Positions 1 to 11,446 of a stretch of 50,284 nt of DNA are shown here, piece by piece; the first letter of the stretch is position 1, and each line of letters starts with the position of its first letter. The DNA comes from Bacteroidota bacterium (GTDB taxonomy: Bacteria > Bacteroidota > Bacteroidia > J057). The translations under genes and the position numbers were made by a program. The stretch spans positions 1 through 50,284 of the forward strand of contig JBCBZF010000001.1 in NCBI GenBank assembly GCA_039815525.1. Reading direction: 5' to 3'. Under the pieces are notes generated by a model. That model did not search any database. It was not told where the DNA came from and worked only from the letters and a program-made list of their open reading frames with translations.

Positions 1-2061
1 CACATTGATGCCGGTAAAACCACCACCACGGAGCGTATCCTGTATTATACAGGTATCACGCACAAGATTGGTGAAGTTCACGATGGTGCTGCCACCATGG
101 ACTGGATGGAACAGGAGCAGGAGCGTGGAATCACGATTACTTCCGCTGCCACCACCACTTTTTGGCCTTACAAAGACAAAAATCACCGGGTTAATATCAT
201 TGATACACCTGGTCACGTTGACTTTACTGTCGAAGTTGAGCGCTCTCTGCGTGTACTCGATGGTGCGGTTGCGGTATTCTGCTCTGTAGGTGGCGTTGAG
301 CCCCAGAGTGAGACGGTATGGCGTCAGGCTGACAAGTACGGTGTACCTCGCATTGGCTTCGTCAACAAGATGGACCGTTCTGGTGCCGACTTCTTTGAAG
401 TTGTTAAGCAGGTAAAAGACATGCTTGGTGCCAACCCAGTACCACTTCAGGTGCCGATTGGTGCAGAAGTAGATTTCCGTGGGGTTGTTGATCTCCTGGA
501 CAACAAAGCCATCATCTGGAATGAGGAAGACCAGGGGATGACTTATGAAGAAATTGAGATCCCTGCTGATCTTGAGGAGACAGTAGAAGAGTGGCGTACC
601 CACCTTTTTGAATCTGTTGCAGAATATGATGAAGCGATCCTCGAGAAGTATCTCGAAGATGCTGACTCCATCACGCGTGAGGAAATTCTGGAGGCTTTGC
701 GCAAAGCAACCCTCGACATGGCCATCACACCAATGATGTGTGGCTCTGCCTTTAAAAACAAAGGTGTACAGGCTGTTCTGAATGCCGTCTGTGCTCTCTT
801 GCCTTCTCCACTGGATGTTCCTCCGATTGAGGGAATCAACCCGAGGACAGAAGAAAAAGAGATTCGTAGTGCTTCCGTAGATGAGCCATTTACTGCACTG
901 GCCTTCAAAATCATGACCGACCCACACGTTGGGCGCCTGGCCTTCTTCCGCGTATACAGCGGTGTATTGAGTGGGGGTTCGTACGTTTACAATACCCGTA
1001 CTGAGAAGAAAGAGCGGATCAGCCGTATCATGCAGATGCACGCCAACAAGCGTAATCAGATTGATCAGGTTGAAGCTGGTGATATCGCTGCAGGGGTTGG
1101 ATTTAAAGATATTCGCACCGGTGATTCTCTCACCGACATGAATCATCCCTTGACGCTGGAGTCCATGACTTTCCCGGATCCGGTTATCAAGTTGGCAGTT
1201 GAGCCTAAGAGTCAGGCCGACGAATCCAAATTGACCACTGGTTTGGTGAAACTGTCTGAGGAGGATCCTACATTTAAGGTTACCAATGATGAAGAAACCG
1301 GTCAGACCATCATCGCCGGTATGGGTGAGCTTCACCTTGAAATCATTGTTGACCGCCTGAAAAAAGAATTCAAGGTCGAAGTAAGCCAGGGACAGCCGCA
1401 GGTATCTTACCGTGAGGCAATAACTGGTACGATCTCGCACCGTGAACTATATAAAAAGCAGTCCGGTGGCCGTGGTAAATTCGCTGATGTACACATCGAA
1501 TTCTCTCCGCTGCCAGAAGATCATGAAGAAGGATTTGTTTTTGAGGATAGCATCAAAGGTGGTGCGATTCCAAAAGAATTTATCCCTTCTGTTGAGAAAG
1601 GCATTAAAAACGCCATGGGAGATGGAGTATTAGCTGGCTTCCCCCTTAACGGTGTCAAAGCCCGTCTCTATGATGGTAGTTTCCACCAGGTTGACTCCGA
1701 TCAGCTTTCTTTCGAATTGGCAGGCAGACTTGCATTTAAGACCGCTGCAATGAAAGCCAAACCTGTATTGAAAGAGCCGATCATGGCAGTTGAAGTGGTT
1801 ACGCCTGAAGAATATATGGGATCTGTGGTGGGCGATATGAACAGACGCCGCGGAAAAGTTGATGAAATGGGCGACCGCGGTAACTCTAAGGTCGTGAAGG
1901 CGAAAGTACCATTGTCTGAGCTCTTCGGTTATGTAACTGACTTGCGGACGATTACTTCTGGCCGTGCTTCATCCACCATGCAATTCTCTCACTATCAGCA
2001 AACACCTGGAAACATTCAGGAAGAGGTGATAGCCAAAATCAAAGGTCTGCAAAAAGTATAA
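1..2061 (+). CDS. fusA: Elongation factor G (5'-truncated by window edge)
   Basis: Frame 1 is open from base 1 ([18 protein letters not shown]...) and runs into the listed ORF 97..2061. It has the DTPGHVDF GTPase motif and EF-G domain II-V sequence, and sits directly upstream of rpsJ. Confidence 0.97.
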   Translation, partial: HIDAGKTTTTERILYYTGITHKIGEVHDGAATMDWMEQEQERGITITSAATTTFWPYKDKNHRVNIIDTPGHVDFTVEVERSLRVLDGAVAVFCSVGGVEPQSETVWRQADKYGVPRIGFVNKMDRSGADFFEVVKQVKDMLGANPVPLQVPIGAEVDFRGVVDLLDNKAIIWNEEDQGMTYEEIEIPADLEETVEEWRTHLFESVAEYDEAILEKYLEDADSITREEILEALRKATLDMAITPMMCGSAFKNKGVQAVLNAVCALLPSPLDVPPIEGINPRTEEKEIRSASVDEPFTALAFKIMTDPHVGRLAFFRVYSGVLSGGSYVYNTRTEKKERISRIMQMHANKRNQIDQVEAGDIAAGVGFKDIRTGDSLTDMNHPLTLESMTFPDPVIKLAVEPKSQADESKLTTGLVKLSEEDPTFKVTNDEETGQTIIAGMGELHLEIIVDRLKKEFKVEVSQGQPQVSYREAITGTISHRELYKKQSGGRGKFADVHIEFSPLPEDHEEGFVFEDSIKGGAIPKEFIPSVEKGIKNAMGDGVLAGFPLNGVKARLYDGSFHQVDSDQLSFELAGRLAFKTAAMKAKPVLKEPIMAVEVVTPEEYMGSVVGDMNRRRGKVDEMGDRGNSKVVKAKVPLSELFGYVTDLRTITSGRASSTMQFSHYQQTPGNIQEEVIAKIKGLQKV

Positions 2062-2092
2062 GAGGCGACCTTCGGGTCAAAATCTCACGAAG

Positions 2093-2398
2093 ATGACACA
2101 GAAAATTCGTATCAAGCTGAAGTCCTACGATCACAATTTGGTAGACAAATCTGCTGAAAAAATTGTACGGACGGTCAAGCAAACCGGTGCCATCGTCAGT
2201 GGCCCCATTCCGCTGCCAACCGAGCGGTCAATTATCACCGTGAACCGTTCTCCACACGTCAATAAGAAGTCGCGCGAACAGTTCGAAATCAGTTCTTACA
2301 AGCGTTTGATCGACATCTTCAGCTCCAGCTCCAAGACCGTCGATGTATTGATGAAACTGGAATTGCCCAGTGGTGTCGATGTAGAAATTAAGGTCTGA
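2093..2398 (+). CDS. rpsJ: 30S ribosomal protein S10
   Basis: 101 aa, starting [14 protein letters not shown]...; canonical S10 sequence and the first gene of the S10 cluster. Confidence 0.97.
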   Translation: MTQKIRIKLKSYDHNLVDKSAEKIVRTVKQTGAIVSGPIPLPTERSIITVNRSPHVNKKSREQFEISSYKRLIDIFSSSSKTVDVLMKLELPSGVDVEIKV

Positions 2399-2453
2399 TC
2401 GGTTTTTTAGAACCGCTGTGTTAATCTCTTGTGTAAGCTAAATCTTAAATAAG

Positions 2454-3089
2454 ATGGCAGGAATCATAGGAAAGAAAGTAGGGATGACCAATATCTTCGA
2501 TGAAAATCGGAGAAACATCGCCTGTACCCTGATCTATGCGGAACCCAATGTGGTAACGCAGGTGAAGACTGACGAAGTGCGGGACAATGGGAAGACTGAC
2601 GGGTACAATGCCATCCAACTTGCTTTTGACGAAAAGAAAGAAAAGAATACCTCTCGCCCACTACAAGGGCACTTTCAGAAAGCCGGCACGACGCCCAAGC
2701 GCAGACTCGCAGAATTCGATTTCGGCGACACTGAGCTGAATCTGGGCGATACGGTAAGCGTCGACATCTTCGAAGAAGGTGAATTCGTTGACATCGTTGG
2801 CATCTCGAAAGGAAAAGGTTTTCAGGGCGTTGTCAAACGTCATGGCTTTGCCGGTGTCGGTGGCCGTACCCACGGTCAACATAACCGCGAGCGCGCTCCA
2901 GGTTCTCTGGGGCCTGGTTCTACTCCCTCCCGTGTCTTCAAGGGCATGAAGATGGCTGGTAGAACTGGTGGGGAACGGGTCAAGGTTCAAAACCTCCGGA
3001 TCCTGAAAGTGATCCCCGAAAAGAATCTGTTGGTTGTGTCTGGCTCAATCCCTGGGCACAAAGGATCTTACGTCATTGTAGAGAAGTAA
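2454..3089 (+). CDS. rplC: 50S ribosomal protein L3
   Basis: 211 aa, [12 protein letters not shown]...[13 protein letters not shown]; L3 signature and conserved position. Confidence 0.97.
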   Translation: MAGIIGKKVGMTNIFDENRRNIACTLIYAEPNVVTQVKTDEVRDNGKTDGYNAIQLAFDEKKEKNTSRPLQGHFQKAGTTPKRRLAEFDFGDTELNLGDTVSVDIFEEGEFVDIVGISKGKGFQGVVKRHGFAGVGGRTHGQHNRERAPGSLGPGSTPSRVFKGMKMAGRTGGERVKVQNLRILKVIPEKNLLVVSGSIPGHKGSYVIVEK

Positions 3090-3091
3090 AG

Positions 3092-3721
3092 ATGGAAGTT
3101 GCAGTTTACTCCATAGAAGGAAAAGAAACCGGCAGAATGGTAGACCTTTCTGCTGAGGTGTTCGGTCTGGAAACGCCCAGCGATCACGCCATCTATCAGG
3201 ATGTGCGTCAGATCTTGGCCAACCGCCGTCAGGGCACCCATAAGGCCAAAGAACGTGGTGAAATCAAAGGCACCAACAAAAAGCCTTATCGTCAGAAAGG
3301 TACTGGTAACGCCCGTCAGGGTGATCGCAAGTCTCCACTGTGGCGTAAAGGTGGCCGGATCTTTGGCCCTCGTCCACGCAATTACGGTTTCAAACTCAAT
3401 AAGAAAGTCAAGCGCCTCGCTCGTCGCAGTGCACTGACTTACAAAGTGAGAGAAGAAAACGTGCGTGTGCTGGAAAGCTTTGAGTTCGATGCACCCAAAA
3501 CCAAGCAGCTGGCTGCCATCTTCCAAAGTCTGGAACTGGGCGGAAAGAAGGTTCTGCTGGTCCTTGGCGAGCAAGGCGAAAACATTTACCTCTCAGGGAG
3601 AAATCTTCCGAAGGCAAGTGTCATGAATGCCTCCGACCTCAATACATATGACATCCTCAATGCTGAAACCCTGGTATTCACTGAGGATGCTGTTAACCTC
3701 ATCAACGAACGACTCAATTAG
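3092..3721 (+). CDS. rplD: 50S ribosomal protein L4
   Basis: 209 aa, ...KPYRQKGTGNARQG...; L4 motif and conserved gene order. Confidence 0.95.
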   Translation: MEVAVYSIEGKETGRMVDLSAEVFGLETPSDHAIYQDVRQILANRRQGTHKAKERGEIKGTNKKPYRQKGTGNARQGDRKSPLWRKGGRIFGPRPRNYGFKLNKKVKRLARRSALTYKVREENVRVLESFEFDAPKTKQLAAIFQSLELGGKKVLLVLGEQGENIYLSGRNLPKASVMNASDLNTYDILNAETLVFTEDAVNLINERLN

Positions 3722-3726
3722 TAGCC

Positions 3727-4020
3727 ATGAGTGTCCTGAAAAGACCAATCATCACTGAAAAAATGATGGATTACTCTGAGAAGGGTATCCCGAAGTACGG
3801 CTTCGAGGTCGACATGAAGGCCGTCAAGAGTGAGATCAAGAAAGAGGTTGAACGCGTCTATGAAGTGCAGGTTGAAAGTGTCGCAACCATGATTGTTCGT
3901 GGTAAAAGACGCTCTCGTTACAGCAAAAAAGGCGTGATCAAAGGAAAATCCTCTAACTACAAAAAGGCGATCGTAACCCTGAAAGCAGGCGAAGAGATCG
4001 ATTTTTATAAACACATTTAG
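3727..4020 (+). CDS. rplW: 50S ribosomal protein L23
   Basis: 97 aa, LKRPIITEK...; L23-like sequence between rplD and rplB. Confidence 0.95.
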   Translation: MSVLKRPIITEKMMDYSEKGIPKYGFEVDMKAVKSEIKKEVERVYEVQVESVATMIVRGKRRSRYSKKGVIKGKSSNYKKAIVTLKAGEEIDFYKHI

Positions 4021-4057
4021 TGAAAGCCCTGGCAGACACTAAGAAAAAACTGAGACA

Positions 4058-4888
4058 ATGGGAATCAGGAAATTGAAACCAGTTACGCCCGGACAAAGAG
4101 GAATGTCAGTCTCTGACTTTGCAGATATTACAAAGTCAACGCCTGAAAAATCCCTGACTCGTCCGATTAAGCGCTCAGGTGGTCGCAACCGTACCGGTAA
4201 AATGACCCAACGTCAGCGCGGAGGTGGGCACAAGCGGCGCTACCGCGTGGTGGATTTCAAAAGAGATAAATTTGGTGTACCAGCAACCGTTAAGGCGATC
4301 GAATATGATCCGAACCGCTCTTCTCGTATTGCTCTGCTGTTTTACGCCGATGGCGAAAAACGCTACATCCTCGCAGTTGAAAAACTGAAAGTTGGTCAAA
4401 CCATCGTTTCTGGTGAGTCTGTAGAACCAACTGTCGGCAACGCAATGTTGCTGAAGAATATCCCGCTGGGTACAGCTGTCCACAACATCGAACTGCATCC
4501 TGGTCGTGGCGGTATCATGGTTCGTTCTGCTGGAACGTCCGCTCAGTTGACCGCTCGCGAAGGGAAATATGTTACCCTGCGTATGCCATCTGGTGAAACC
4601 CGCATGGTACTCGGAACTTGTATGGCCACCATCGGTGTTGTCGGAAACTCTGAGCATGGAAACATGGACCTTGGAAAGGCTGGCCGTAAGCGCTGGTTGG
4701 GACGTCGTCCACGTGTACGTGGTGTTGCAATGAACCCAGTCGATCACCCAATGGGTGGTGGTGAAGGCCGCGCCTCAGGTGGACACCCGCGTAACCGCAA
4801 TGGTGTACCTGCCAAAGGCTACAAAACCCGCAATAAGAAAAAGGCGAGCAATCGTCTGATCATTGGCAAAAAGAAGAGCAGAAAATAA
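4058..4888 (+). CDS. rplB: 50S ribosomal protein L2
   Basis: 276 aa, ...[19 protein letters not shown]...; L2 signature. Confidence 0.97.
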   Translation: MGIRKLKPVTPGQRGMSVSDFADITKSTPEKSLTRPIKRSGGRNRTGKMTQRQRGGGHKRRYRVVDFKRDKFGVPATVKAIEYDPNRSSRIALLFYADGEKRYILAVEKLKVGQTIVSGESVEPTVGNAMLLKNIPLGTAVHNIELHPGRGGIMVRSAGTSAQLTAREGKYVTLRMPSGETRMVLGTCMATIGVVGNSEHGNMDLGKAGRKRWLGRRPRVRGVAMNPVDHPMGGGEGRASGGHPRNRNGVPAKGYKTRNKKKASNRLIIGKKKSRK

Positions 4889-4896
4889 TCTGAGAT

Positions 4897-5175
4897 ATGG
4901 CTAGATCGCTCAAAAAAGGCCCCTTTATTGATCCTAAACTAGAACGAAAAGTTCTGCGGATGAATGATACCGGCCAAAAACGCCTGATAAAAACCTGGGC
5001 CCGTCGTTCCATGATCTCTCCGGATTTCGTTGGACATACGATCGCAGTACATAACGGCAATAAATTCATTCCGGTTTTTGTTTCTGAAAACATGGTCGGA
5101 CACAAGCTGGGAGAATTTGCCGCAACCAGAACTTTCAGAGGCCACGCTGGCAACAGAAAGGATAAAAGAAGATAG
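4897..5175 (+). CDS. rpsS: 30S ribosomal protein S19
   Basis: 92 aa, [12 protein letters not shown]...GHKLGEFA; S19 signature. Confidence 0.97.
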   Translation: MARSLKKGPFIDPKLERKVLRMNDTGQKRLIKTWARRSMISPDFVGHTIAVHNGNKFIPVFVSENMVGHKLGEFAATRTFRGHAGNRKDKRR

Positions 5176-5177
5176 AG

Positions 5178-5642
5178 ATGGCGGAAAACGTAAAATTGAC
5201 CCGAAAGGAGAAAATTGCAGCGGGCATCCCCAAAGGGCCCAAACGCAAAGCAGAATTTGCCCAGAATCTGAAAGATCAAAAGGCAGAAACTGTCAAGGTC
5301 GTATTGCGCAATTATCGCTCCTCAGCCCGTAAGATGAGAATGGTCGTTGACCAGATTCGTGGCCGGGAAGTCTTCGATGCAATGAATGTCCTCAAACTGA
5401 CTACTCGTGCTGCTGCACCTGCGGTGCAGAAACTGCTCCGTTCCGGTATCACCAGCCTCGAAGAAAAGTTTGAAGACGATCGCGTGGACATCGGTACTCA
5501 CTATGTGAAGGAAGCGTATGTCGACGGCTCCAGAATGTTGAAAAGATTGCAACCGGCGCCTCAAGGCCGTGCGCACCTGATCCGCAAACGCTATTGCCAC
5601 GTGACACTGGTGTTGGATCAGATCCCTGATACTGAAGAATAA
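5178..5642 (+). CDS. rplV: 50S ribosomal protein L22 (with ~40-aa basic N-terminal extension)
   Basis: 154 aa. The core ...[19 protein letters not shown]...[21 protein letters not shown] is L22. The ATG lies 2 nt after the rpsS stop, and the extra N-terminal K/A-rich segment is in frame. Confidence 0.93.
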   Translation: MAENVKLTRKEKIAAGIPKGPKRKAEFAQNLKDQKAETVKVVLRNYRSSARKMRMVVDQIRGREVFDAMNVLKLTTRAAAPAVQKLLRSGITSLEEKFEDDRVDIGTHYVKEAYVDGSRMLKRLQPAPQGRAHLIRKRYCHVTLVLDQIPDTEE

Positions 5643-5659
5643 TTCTAAACGATAGGAAA

Positions 5660-6358
5660 TTGGGACAGAAGACGCATCCAATCGGACTAAGGCTCGGCAT
5701 CATTAAAGGTTGGGAATCCAACTGGTATGGCGGCAAAGATTTTTCTGCGAAGTTGATCGAAGATGAGCGCATCCGGGCTTACCTGAACGCACGTATTCCA
5801 CGCGGTGGAATCTCAAAGATCATCATCGAGCGTACCCTCAAAAAAATCACCATTACCATTCACACCTCCCGCCCGGGCATTGTGATCGGAAAAGGTGGAA
5901 AAGAAGTTGACAAATTGCGCGAGGAGATCAAAAAGATCACCAACAAGGACGTGCAGATCAACATCTTCGAAATCAAACGCCCTGAGCTGGATGCAACATT
6001 GGTTGCACAGCAGGTTGCACAGCAACTTGAAGGTCGTGTATCCTTCCGCCGGGCAATGAAGTCTTCACTGGCTTCTACCATGCGCGCTGGTGCCGGAGGT
6101 TGCAAGATTATGTGTGCAGGTCGTTTGGGAGGCGCAGAGATGGCTCGTACTGAGCAATACAAACAAGGACGGATCCCTTTGCAGACACTGCGGGCCGATA
6201 TTGATTACGCCCTGATTGAAGCTAAGACGATTTACGGCATCATTGGCGTCAAAGTCTGGATCTTCAAAAAAGAAATCTTTGGAAAAGTAGATCTCTCTCC
6301 TGAAGTCAAATCTGATCGCAACAAGCGCGGAGGCGGAAAGAGAAGAAATAAACGGTAG
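5660..6358 (+). CDS. rpsC: 30S ribosomal protein S3
   Basis: 232 aa, (M)[13 protein letters not shown]...; the start codon is TTG; KH and S3 C-terminal domain sequence. Confidence 0.95.
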   Translation: MGQKTHPIGLRLGIIKGWESNWYGGKDFSAKLIEDERIRAYLNARIPRGGISKIIIERTLKKITITIHTSRPGIVIGKGGKEVDKLREEIKKITNKDVQINIFEIKRPELDATLVAQQVAQQLEGRVSFRRAMKSSLASTMRAGAGGCKIMCAGRLGGAEMARTEQYKQGRIPLQTLRADIDYALIEAKTIYGIIGVKVWIFKKEIFGKVDLSPEVKSDRNKRGGGKRRNKR

Positions 6359-6366
6359 AACAAGTC

Positions 6367-6786
6367 ATGTTACAGCCGAAAAAAGTAAAATACAGAAAGG
6401 TCCAGAAGGGCAGAATGAAAGGAAATGCCGGTCGCGGTACAGAAATTTCCTTTGGTTCATTCGCCCTCAAAGCACTGGAGCAATCTTTCATCACTTCACG
6501 CCAGATCGAAGCCTGCAGGATTACTATTTCCAGGGCCATGAAACGTGAAGGAAATATGTGGATTCGCATTTTCCCTGATAAGTCCATCACCAAGAAACCT
6601 GCAGAGGTTCGGATGGGTAAGGGTAAGGGTAATCCCGAATATTGGGCCGCCCGGGTAACCCCTGGTCGCCTCCTGTTTGAACTCGATGGTGTACCGGAAG
6701 AGGTTGCCCGTGAAGCACTCAGACTCGCGGCAAATAAGTTACCCATCAAGACCAAATTTGTGATTCGTAGAGACCTGCAAGAATAA
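6367..6786 (+). CDS. rplP: 50S ribosomal protein L16
   Basis: 139 aa, [16 protein letters not shown]...; L16 signature. Confidence 0.97.
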   Translation: MLQPKKVKYRKVQKGRMKGNAGRGTEISFGSFALKALEQSFITSRQIEACRITISRAMKREGNMWIRIFPDKSITKKPAEVRMGKGKGNPEYWAARVTPGRLLFELDGVPEEVAREALRLAANKLPIKTKFVIRRDLQE

Positions 6787-6791
6787 GCATT

Positions 6792-6992
6792 ATGAAGGCC
6801 AAAGACATCAGGGAACTGACGACGCAGGAAATTACTGCCAGAGTAAGCGAAGAACAGGACAAACTCCTGCGCCTCAATCTGAACCATGCAGTTTCTGCCA
6901 TCGAAAGCCCGTCCGAAATCCGGGAAACCCGTCGAACCATTGCGAAACTGAAAACCATCCTTCGCGAACGGCAGGGAGAGGAAAATGCATAA
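6792..6992 (+). CDS. rpmC: 50S ribosomal protein L29
   Basis: 66 aa, MKAKDIRELTTQEI...; L29-like sequence in the conserved position. Confidence 0.93.
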   Translation: MKAKDIRELTTQEITARVSEEQDKLLRLNLNHAVSAIESPSEIRETRRTIAKLKTILRERQGEENA

Positions 6993-7005
6993 ATGACGCA
7001 AGATC

Positions 7006-7275
7006 ATGAGTGAACAAACTGTTACAAGAAACCTCAGAAAGACCCGGATTGGGAAGGTGGTGAGCAATAAAATGGAAAAGTCCATTACTGTTCTCGTCGA
7101 ACGCCGGGTGAAGCACCCCATATACGGAAAATTCGTGACCAAGACCACTAAATTTCTGGTTCACGATGAGAAGAATGAATGCGGGGAAGGGGATACGGTA
7201 AAGATCATGGAGACGCGCCCAATGAGCAAAAGAAAGCGTTGGCGTCTCGTAGAGATCATTGAAAGAGCGAAATAA
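7006..7275 (+). CDS. rpsQ: 30S ribosomal protein S17
   Basis: 89 aa, ...[27 protein letters not shown]...; S17 signature. Confidence 0.95.
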   Translation: MSEQTVTRNLRKTRIGKVVSNKMEKSITVLVERRVKHPIYGKFVTKTTKFLVHDEKNECGEGDTVKIMETRPMSKRKRWRLVEIIERAK

Positions 7276-7355
7276 TAAAGGAGTTTGAAAAGTGGAAGCA
7301 GGAGCCATCAACTCAGCTTCAAGCCTCTAACTTCTAACCCAAAATTGATACAGCG

Positions 7356-7724
7356 ATGATTCAACAGGAGAGTAGACTGAAAGTAGCGGATAACAGCGGA
7401 GCCAAAGAAATCCTCTGTATCCGTGTGCTGGGTGGTACCAAAAAACGCTACGCCCGCATCGGAGACACTTTCGTCGGTACTGTCAAATCAGCTGATCCTT
7501 CTTCCAACGTGAAAAAAGGTGATGTTGTGAAAGCAGTAGTTGTACGGACCCGCAAGGAAAGACGTCGCAAAGACGGTTCCTATATTCGCTTCGATGATAA
7601 TGCTGCTGTGTTGCTGGCCAATGACGGAGGACCGAGAGGAACTCGTATTTTTGGCCCGGTTGCCAGAGAGCTACGCGAAAAAGGATATATGAAAATTGTT
7701 TCCCTCGCACCAGAAGTATTGTAG
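7356..7724 (+). CDS. rplN: 50S ribosomal protein L14
   Basis: 122 aa, [18 protein letters not shown]...; L14 signature. Confidence 0.97.
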   Translation: MIQQESRLKVADNSGAKEILCIRVLGGTKKRYARIGDTFVGTVKSADPSSNVKKGDVVKAVVVRTRKERRRKDGSYIRFDDNAAVLLANDGGPRGTRIFGPVARELREKGYMKIVSLAPEVL

Positions 7725-7744
7725 AATCACCAACTCATCAGACG

Positions 7745-8092
7745 ATGCCCAAATCTAAAAACGCAAAGCAGCAGAAACTGCATATCAAGCGGGGGGACAC
7801 TGTCCGAATCCTCAGCGGTGCCGACCGTGGCAACGAAGGAAAGGTGTTGGTGGTTTTTCCCGAAAAAGAGCGCGCAATTGTTGAAGGAATCAACATCGTG
7901 AGCAAGCACGTGCGCCCTTCCCAGGATAATCCCAATGGTGGCATTATCCAGCAGGAAGCGCCGATCCACATCTCCAACCTCATGGTCATCGATCCAGGTT
8001 CCAAAGAGCCAACTCGGATCGGTCGCCGTAAAAGTGAAGATGGGAAAGGATGGGTGCGATACAGCAAAAAGAGTGGTAACGAGATTAAATAA
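7745..8092 (+). CDS. rplX: 50S ribosomal protein L24
   Basis: 115 aa, ...[19 protein letters not shown]...; KOW motif and conserved position. Confidence 0.95.
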   Translation: MPKSKNAKQQKLHIKRGDTVRILSGADRGNEGKVLVVFPEKERAIVEGINIVSKHVRPSQDNPNGGIIQQEAPIHISNLMVIDPGSKEPTRIGRRKSEDGKGWVRYSKKSGNEIK

Positions 8093-8097
8093 GAATC

Positions 8098-8667
8098 ATG
8101 GCATTGGAACCGAGACTATACAATAAGTATAAAGACGATATCGTCCCTGCCCTGATGAAGCAGTTTAATTACAGTTCCATCATGCAGGTGCCCCGCCTGG
8201 AGAAAATTGTTCTCAACCGTGGGGTAGGAGACGCCGTAGGCGACAAAAAACTGATTGACTCAGCAGTCCAGGAGTTTGCCCTCATCTCCGGCCAAAAACC
8301 GGTCGTAACTATCGCACGCAAAAGTATCTCGAACTTTAAACTGCGTGATGGCATGCCGATTGGTTGTAAAGTAACCCTCCGTCAAAACCGGATGTTTGAA
8401 TTTCTGGATCGCTTTATCAATGTGGCATTGCCACGTGTACGCGACTTCCGTGGTATCCCTACCAAAGGCTTTGATGGTCGCGGTAATTTCACCATGGGAA
8501 TCAAGGAGCAGATTATTTTCCCAGAAATCAATGTGGATCAAATCAATCGGATCTCTGGTATGGATGTAACTTTTGTTACTTCCGCACCCACAGACGAAGA
8601 GTCTTTGGCATTGCTCAAACTATTTGGCATGCCTTTCCAGGGAATGAACAAAGAAAAAGCGTCTTAA
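8098..8667 (+). CDS. rplE: 50S ribosomal protein L5
   Basis: 189 aa, ...[13 protein letters not shown]...[28 protein letters not shown]; L5 signature. Confidence 0.97.
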   Translation: MALEPRLYNKYKDDIVPALMKQFNYSSIMQVPRLEKIVLNRGVGDAVGDKKLIDSAVQEFALISGQKPVVTIARKSISNFKLRDGMPIGCKVTLRQNRMFEFLDRFINVALPRVRDFRGIPTKGFDGRGNFTMGIKEQIIFPEINVDQINRISGMDVTFVTSAPTDEESLALLKLFGMPFQGMNKEKAS

Positions 8668-8670
8668 GAT

Positions 8671-8940
8671 ATGGCAAGGAAAGCAATCATCGCAAGACAG
8701 GAAAAGCGCGAACGCATGGTCGAAAAGTACGCTGCCAAGCGTCGTGCGCTGAAAGAAGCTGGCGATTATCAAGCACTGGCACTGTTGCCCCGCAACTCAT
8801 CTCCGGTGCGTCTGAAAAACCGCTGCATGCTCACCGGTCGTCCCCGTGCCTATCTAAGAAGATTTGGCATCTCCAGAATTAAGTTTCGCGAACTGGCCCT
8901 GCAAGGTAAAATTCCCGGGGTAAAGAAAACGAGTTGGTAA
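8671..8940 (+). CDS. rpsN: 30S ribosomal protein S14 (long, non-zinc type)
   Basis: 89 aa, [13 protein letters not shown]...[11 protein letters not shown]; S14 C-terminal signature and no CxxC pairs. Confidence 0.95.
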   Translation: MARKAIIARQEKRERMVEKYAAKRRALKEAGDYQALALLPRNSSPVRLKNRCMLTGRPRAYLRRFGISRIKFRELALQGKIPGVKKTSW

Positions 8941-8941
8941 T

Positions 8942-9340
8942 ATGTATACAGATCCCATAGCAGATTATCTGACCAGGATCAGAAATGCGCAGGCGGTTGG
9001 ACACAAAGTGGTCGAAATCCCCGCTTCGAACCTGAAGAAAGAGATTACCAAGGTGCTGCACGATCAGGGCTACATCCGCAAATTTAAATTTGTCGAAGAA
9101 GGGCCTCAGGGAAGCATCAAAATCGCTCTCAAATACGATCGGGTCAGCAAAAAACCCGCCATCACCAAAATCTTACGTATCAGTAAGCCTGGTCTTCGGA
9201 AATACGCTAAAGTAAAATCCATGCCCAGGGTGTTGAATGGCCTCGGTATTGCGATCGTATCCACCCCCAAGGGTGTAATGACCGCTAAAAACGCCAAAGC
9301 CCAGAATGTGGGCGGCGAGGTATTGTGTTACGTTTATTAA
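8942..9340 (+). CDS. rpsH: 30S ribosomal protein S8
   Basis: 132 aa, MYTDPIADYLTRIRNA...GGEVLCYVY; S8 signature. Confidence 0.96.
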   Translation: MYTDPIADYLTRIRNAQAVGHKVVEIPASNLKKEITKVLHDQGYIRKFKFVEEGPQGSIKIALKYDRVSKKPAITKILRISKPGLRKYAKVKSMPRVLNGLGIAIVSTPKGVMTAKNAKAQNVGGEVLCYVY

Positions 9341-9350
9341 TATCGAACCA

Positions 9351-9905
9351 ATGTCTAGAATCGGAAAACTTCCCATCAACATACCAGCCGGCGTTAGCAT
9401 TGACGTGGATAAGTCCAATGTCATCACGGTAAAAGGCAAAAACGGGGAGCTGAAACAAGCCGTTCACCCCGATATGGAAATCGCGCAGGAAGATGGTCAG
9501 CTCACCGTCAAAAGACCAACTGAGCAAAAGCGCCACAAAGCACTGCACGGCCTGTATCGGACCCTGATTAACAACATGATTGTTGGTGTATCAGAAGGAT
9601 ACGAAAAGAAAATGCAGGTTGTAGGTGTCGGTTTCAAAGCTGAGTCCACTGGGCAAATGCTTGAACTCTCCCTCGGTTTTTCTCACCCGATCATTATGAT
9701 TCTGCCACAGGATATTAAGGTAGAAACTGAAACCAAAAGAGGTACGCCTCCGCTGATTACGCTGAGAAGCCATGATAAGCAACTGCTCGGACAGATATGT
9801 GCGAAAATTCGCTCCTTCCGTCCACCAGAGCCCTACAAAGGAAAAGGTGTTCGCTTCTTTGGTGAGCAAATCAGAAGAAAAGCAGGTAAAGCAGCTGGTA
9901 AATAA
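9351..9905 (+). CDS. rplF: 50S ribosomal protein L6
   Basis: The listed ORF starts at 9306 inside rpsH. The canonical L6 N-terminus MSRIGKLPI begins at the ATG at 9351. Confidence 0.95.
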   Translation: MSRIGKLPINIPAGVSIDVDKSNVITVKGKNGELKQAVHPDMEIAQEDGQLTVKRPTEQKRHKALHGLYRTLINNMIVGVSEGYEKKMQVVGVGFKAESTGQMLELSLGFSHPIIMILPQDIKVETETKRGTPPLITLRSHDKQLLGQICAKIRSFRPPEPYKGKGVRFFGEQIRRKAGKAAGK

Positions 9906-9916
9906 TCGTTAAGGTC

Positions 9917-10273
9917 ATGTCAGCGAAAAAGCTAGAAAGAAGAAAAAGAATCCGGGCCCGCATTCGCAGCCGTATCTCTGGTACTGCCGAGAAACCAAGG
10001 CTCGCAGTGTTCCGGAGTAATAAAGAGATCTACGCACAGATCATCGACGATGAGTCCGGGCATACCCTGGTGAGTTGTTCTTCTCGTCTGAAAGCATTAA
10101 ATTTGCAGGCCGTTTCTCGTAAAGGCGCGAGCCATGAAGTCGGGAAAAAATTGGCCGAAATGGCAAAGTCGAAAGGAATCAACACGGTCATTTTTGACCG
10201 CGGAGGATATAAGTATCACGGCAGAGTAAAAGCATTGGCAGAAGGTGCTCGCGAAGGAGGCCTCAATTTCTAA
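9917..10273 (+). CDS. rplR: 50S ribosomal protein L18
   Basis: 118 aa, ...[19 protein letters not shown]...[20 protein letters not shown]; L18 signature. Confidence 0.95.
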   Translation: MSAKKLERRKRIRARIRSRISGTAEKPRLAVFRSNKEIYAQIIDDESGHTLVSCSSRLKALNLQAVSRKGASHEVGKKLAEMAKSKGINTVIFDRGGYKYHGRVKALAEGAREGGLNF

Positions 10274-10279
10274 ATAGCT

Positions 10280-10798
10280 ATGAATATTCCAAGCGAAATT
10301 CGGGTCAAAAGCAGCGACGTAGAACTTCAGGAGAAAGTCGTGAAGATCAAGCGGAATGCGAAAGTGGTCAAAGGTGGCCGTCGCTTCAGCTTTAGTGCGA
10401 TCGTTGTGGTCGGAAACGGTGATGGAATCGTCGGTTTTGGCCTCGGAAAAGCGAATGAAGTAACCGACGCGATTTCCAAAGGAGTGGATGATGCCAAGAA
10501 GAATCTGATCAGAGTGATCGTTCAGAAAGGAACCATTCCTCACGAGTCGGTGACCAAATTTGGGGCTGCTAAAGTACTGCTTCGTCCTGCTGCCCCTGGT
10601 ACAGGTGTACTGGCAGGTGGTGCGATGCGCTCTGTTTTGGAAGCTGCCGGTGTGAAAGACGTAATCGGCAAAAGCCTCGGATCGTCTAATCCACACAACG
10701 TTGTAAAAGCAACTGTCAAAGCTTTGATGTTGATGCGTCAAGGAAGTGATGTTGCCAAGCAAAGAGGGGTTGAGCTTAGTAAAGTCTTTAACGGATAA
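10280..10798 (+). CDS. rpsE: 30S ribosomal protein S5
   Basis: 172 aa, ...[27 protein letters not shown]...; S5 signature. Confidence 0.96.
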   Translation: MNIPSEIRVKSSDVELQEKVVKIKRNAKVVKGGRRFSFSAIVVVGNGDGIVGFGLGKANEVTDAISKGVDDAKKNLIRVIVQKGTIPHESVTKFGAAKVLLRPAAPGTGVLAGGAMRSVLEAAGVKDVIGKSLGSSNPHNVVKATVKALMLMRQGSDVAKQRGVELSKVFNG

Positions 10799-10803
10799 GA
10801 GAG

Positions 10804-10989
10804 ATGTATCCTAAAGTAAAAATCACACAGCTGCGGAGCACCATCAATCGCCCGAAAGACCAGAAAGCTACCATCAAGGCTTTGGGACTGGGAAAGATCA
10901 ACCGCACTGTCGAAAAAGAATGCACCCCACAAGTCCTGGGGATGATCAAGAAAGTTACGCATTTGGTCAAAATCGAAGAGACGGAATAA
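10804..10989 (+). CDS. rpmD: 50S ribosomal protein L30
   Basis: 61 aa, ...KITQLRSTINRPKDQKATIKALGL...; L30 signature. Confidence 0.92.
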   Translation: MYPKVKITQLRSTINRPKDQKATIKALGLGKINRTVEKECTPQVLGMIKKVTHLVKIEETE

Positions 10990-10990
10990 G

Positions 10991-11440
10991 ATGAAATTAC
11001 ATACTCTGAAACCGGCAAAAGGGTCGACTTCCAATCGTAAAAGGGTTGGGCGAGGTCAGGGTTCTACCAGAGGGGGAACTTCTACCAAGGGGCACAAGGG
11101 TGCTCAGTCTCGAAGCGGTTACAAATACCGTCCCTGGTTCGAAGGTGGTCAAATGCCACTGCAAAGAAGGGTGCCAAAGTTTGGCTTCAAGAATATCAAC
11201 CGGGTTGAATACAATGTGATCAACCTAGACCGTATTCAAGAGCTGGTCGACAAACACCCAGGTTCAGAAGTGAACCATGATTTTCTGGCTGAGCATGGTA
11301 TCATCTCTTCCCCACGCAAACTTGTGAAAGTGCTGGGCCGAGGTGAACTGACTGCGAAGGTAGACGTGAAATTGAACAAGTTCAGCGCTTCCGCCAAAGC
11401 CGCCATCGAAGGCGCCGGAGGAACCGCTACTGAAGTGTAA
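10991..11440 (+). CDS. rplO: 50S ribosomal protein L15
   Basis: 149 aa, MKLHTLKPAKGS...RVGRGQGS...; L15 signature. Confidence 0.95.
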   Translation: MKLHTLKPAKGSTSNRKRVGRGQGSTRGGTSTKGHKGAQSRSGYKYRPWFEGGQMPLQRRVPKFGFKNINRVEYNVINLDRIQELVDKHPGSEVNHDFLAEHGIISSPRKLVKVLGRGELTAKVDVKLNKFSASAKAAIEGAGGTATEV

Positions 11441-11446
11441 GCTTGC

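Noticed and set aside
5-289. 94-aa ORF at the window start
   Set aside because: It is out of frame with the EF-G reading frame, which is open from base 1 and matches EF-G throughout.
6306-7148. 280-aa minus-strand ORF running antisense across rpsC (3' end), rplP, rpmC and rpsQ
   Set aside because: Every sense-strand gene here is an unmistakable ribosomal protein. The antisense product is Cys/Phe/Arg-rich with no recognisable motif, and it spans intergenic spacers. It is a typical spurious antisense frame.
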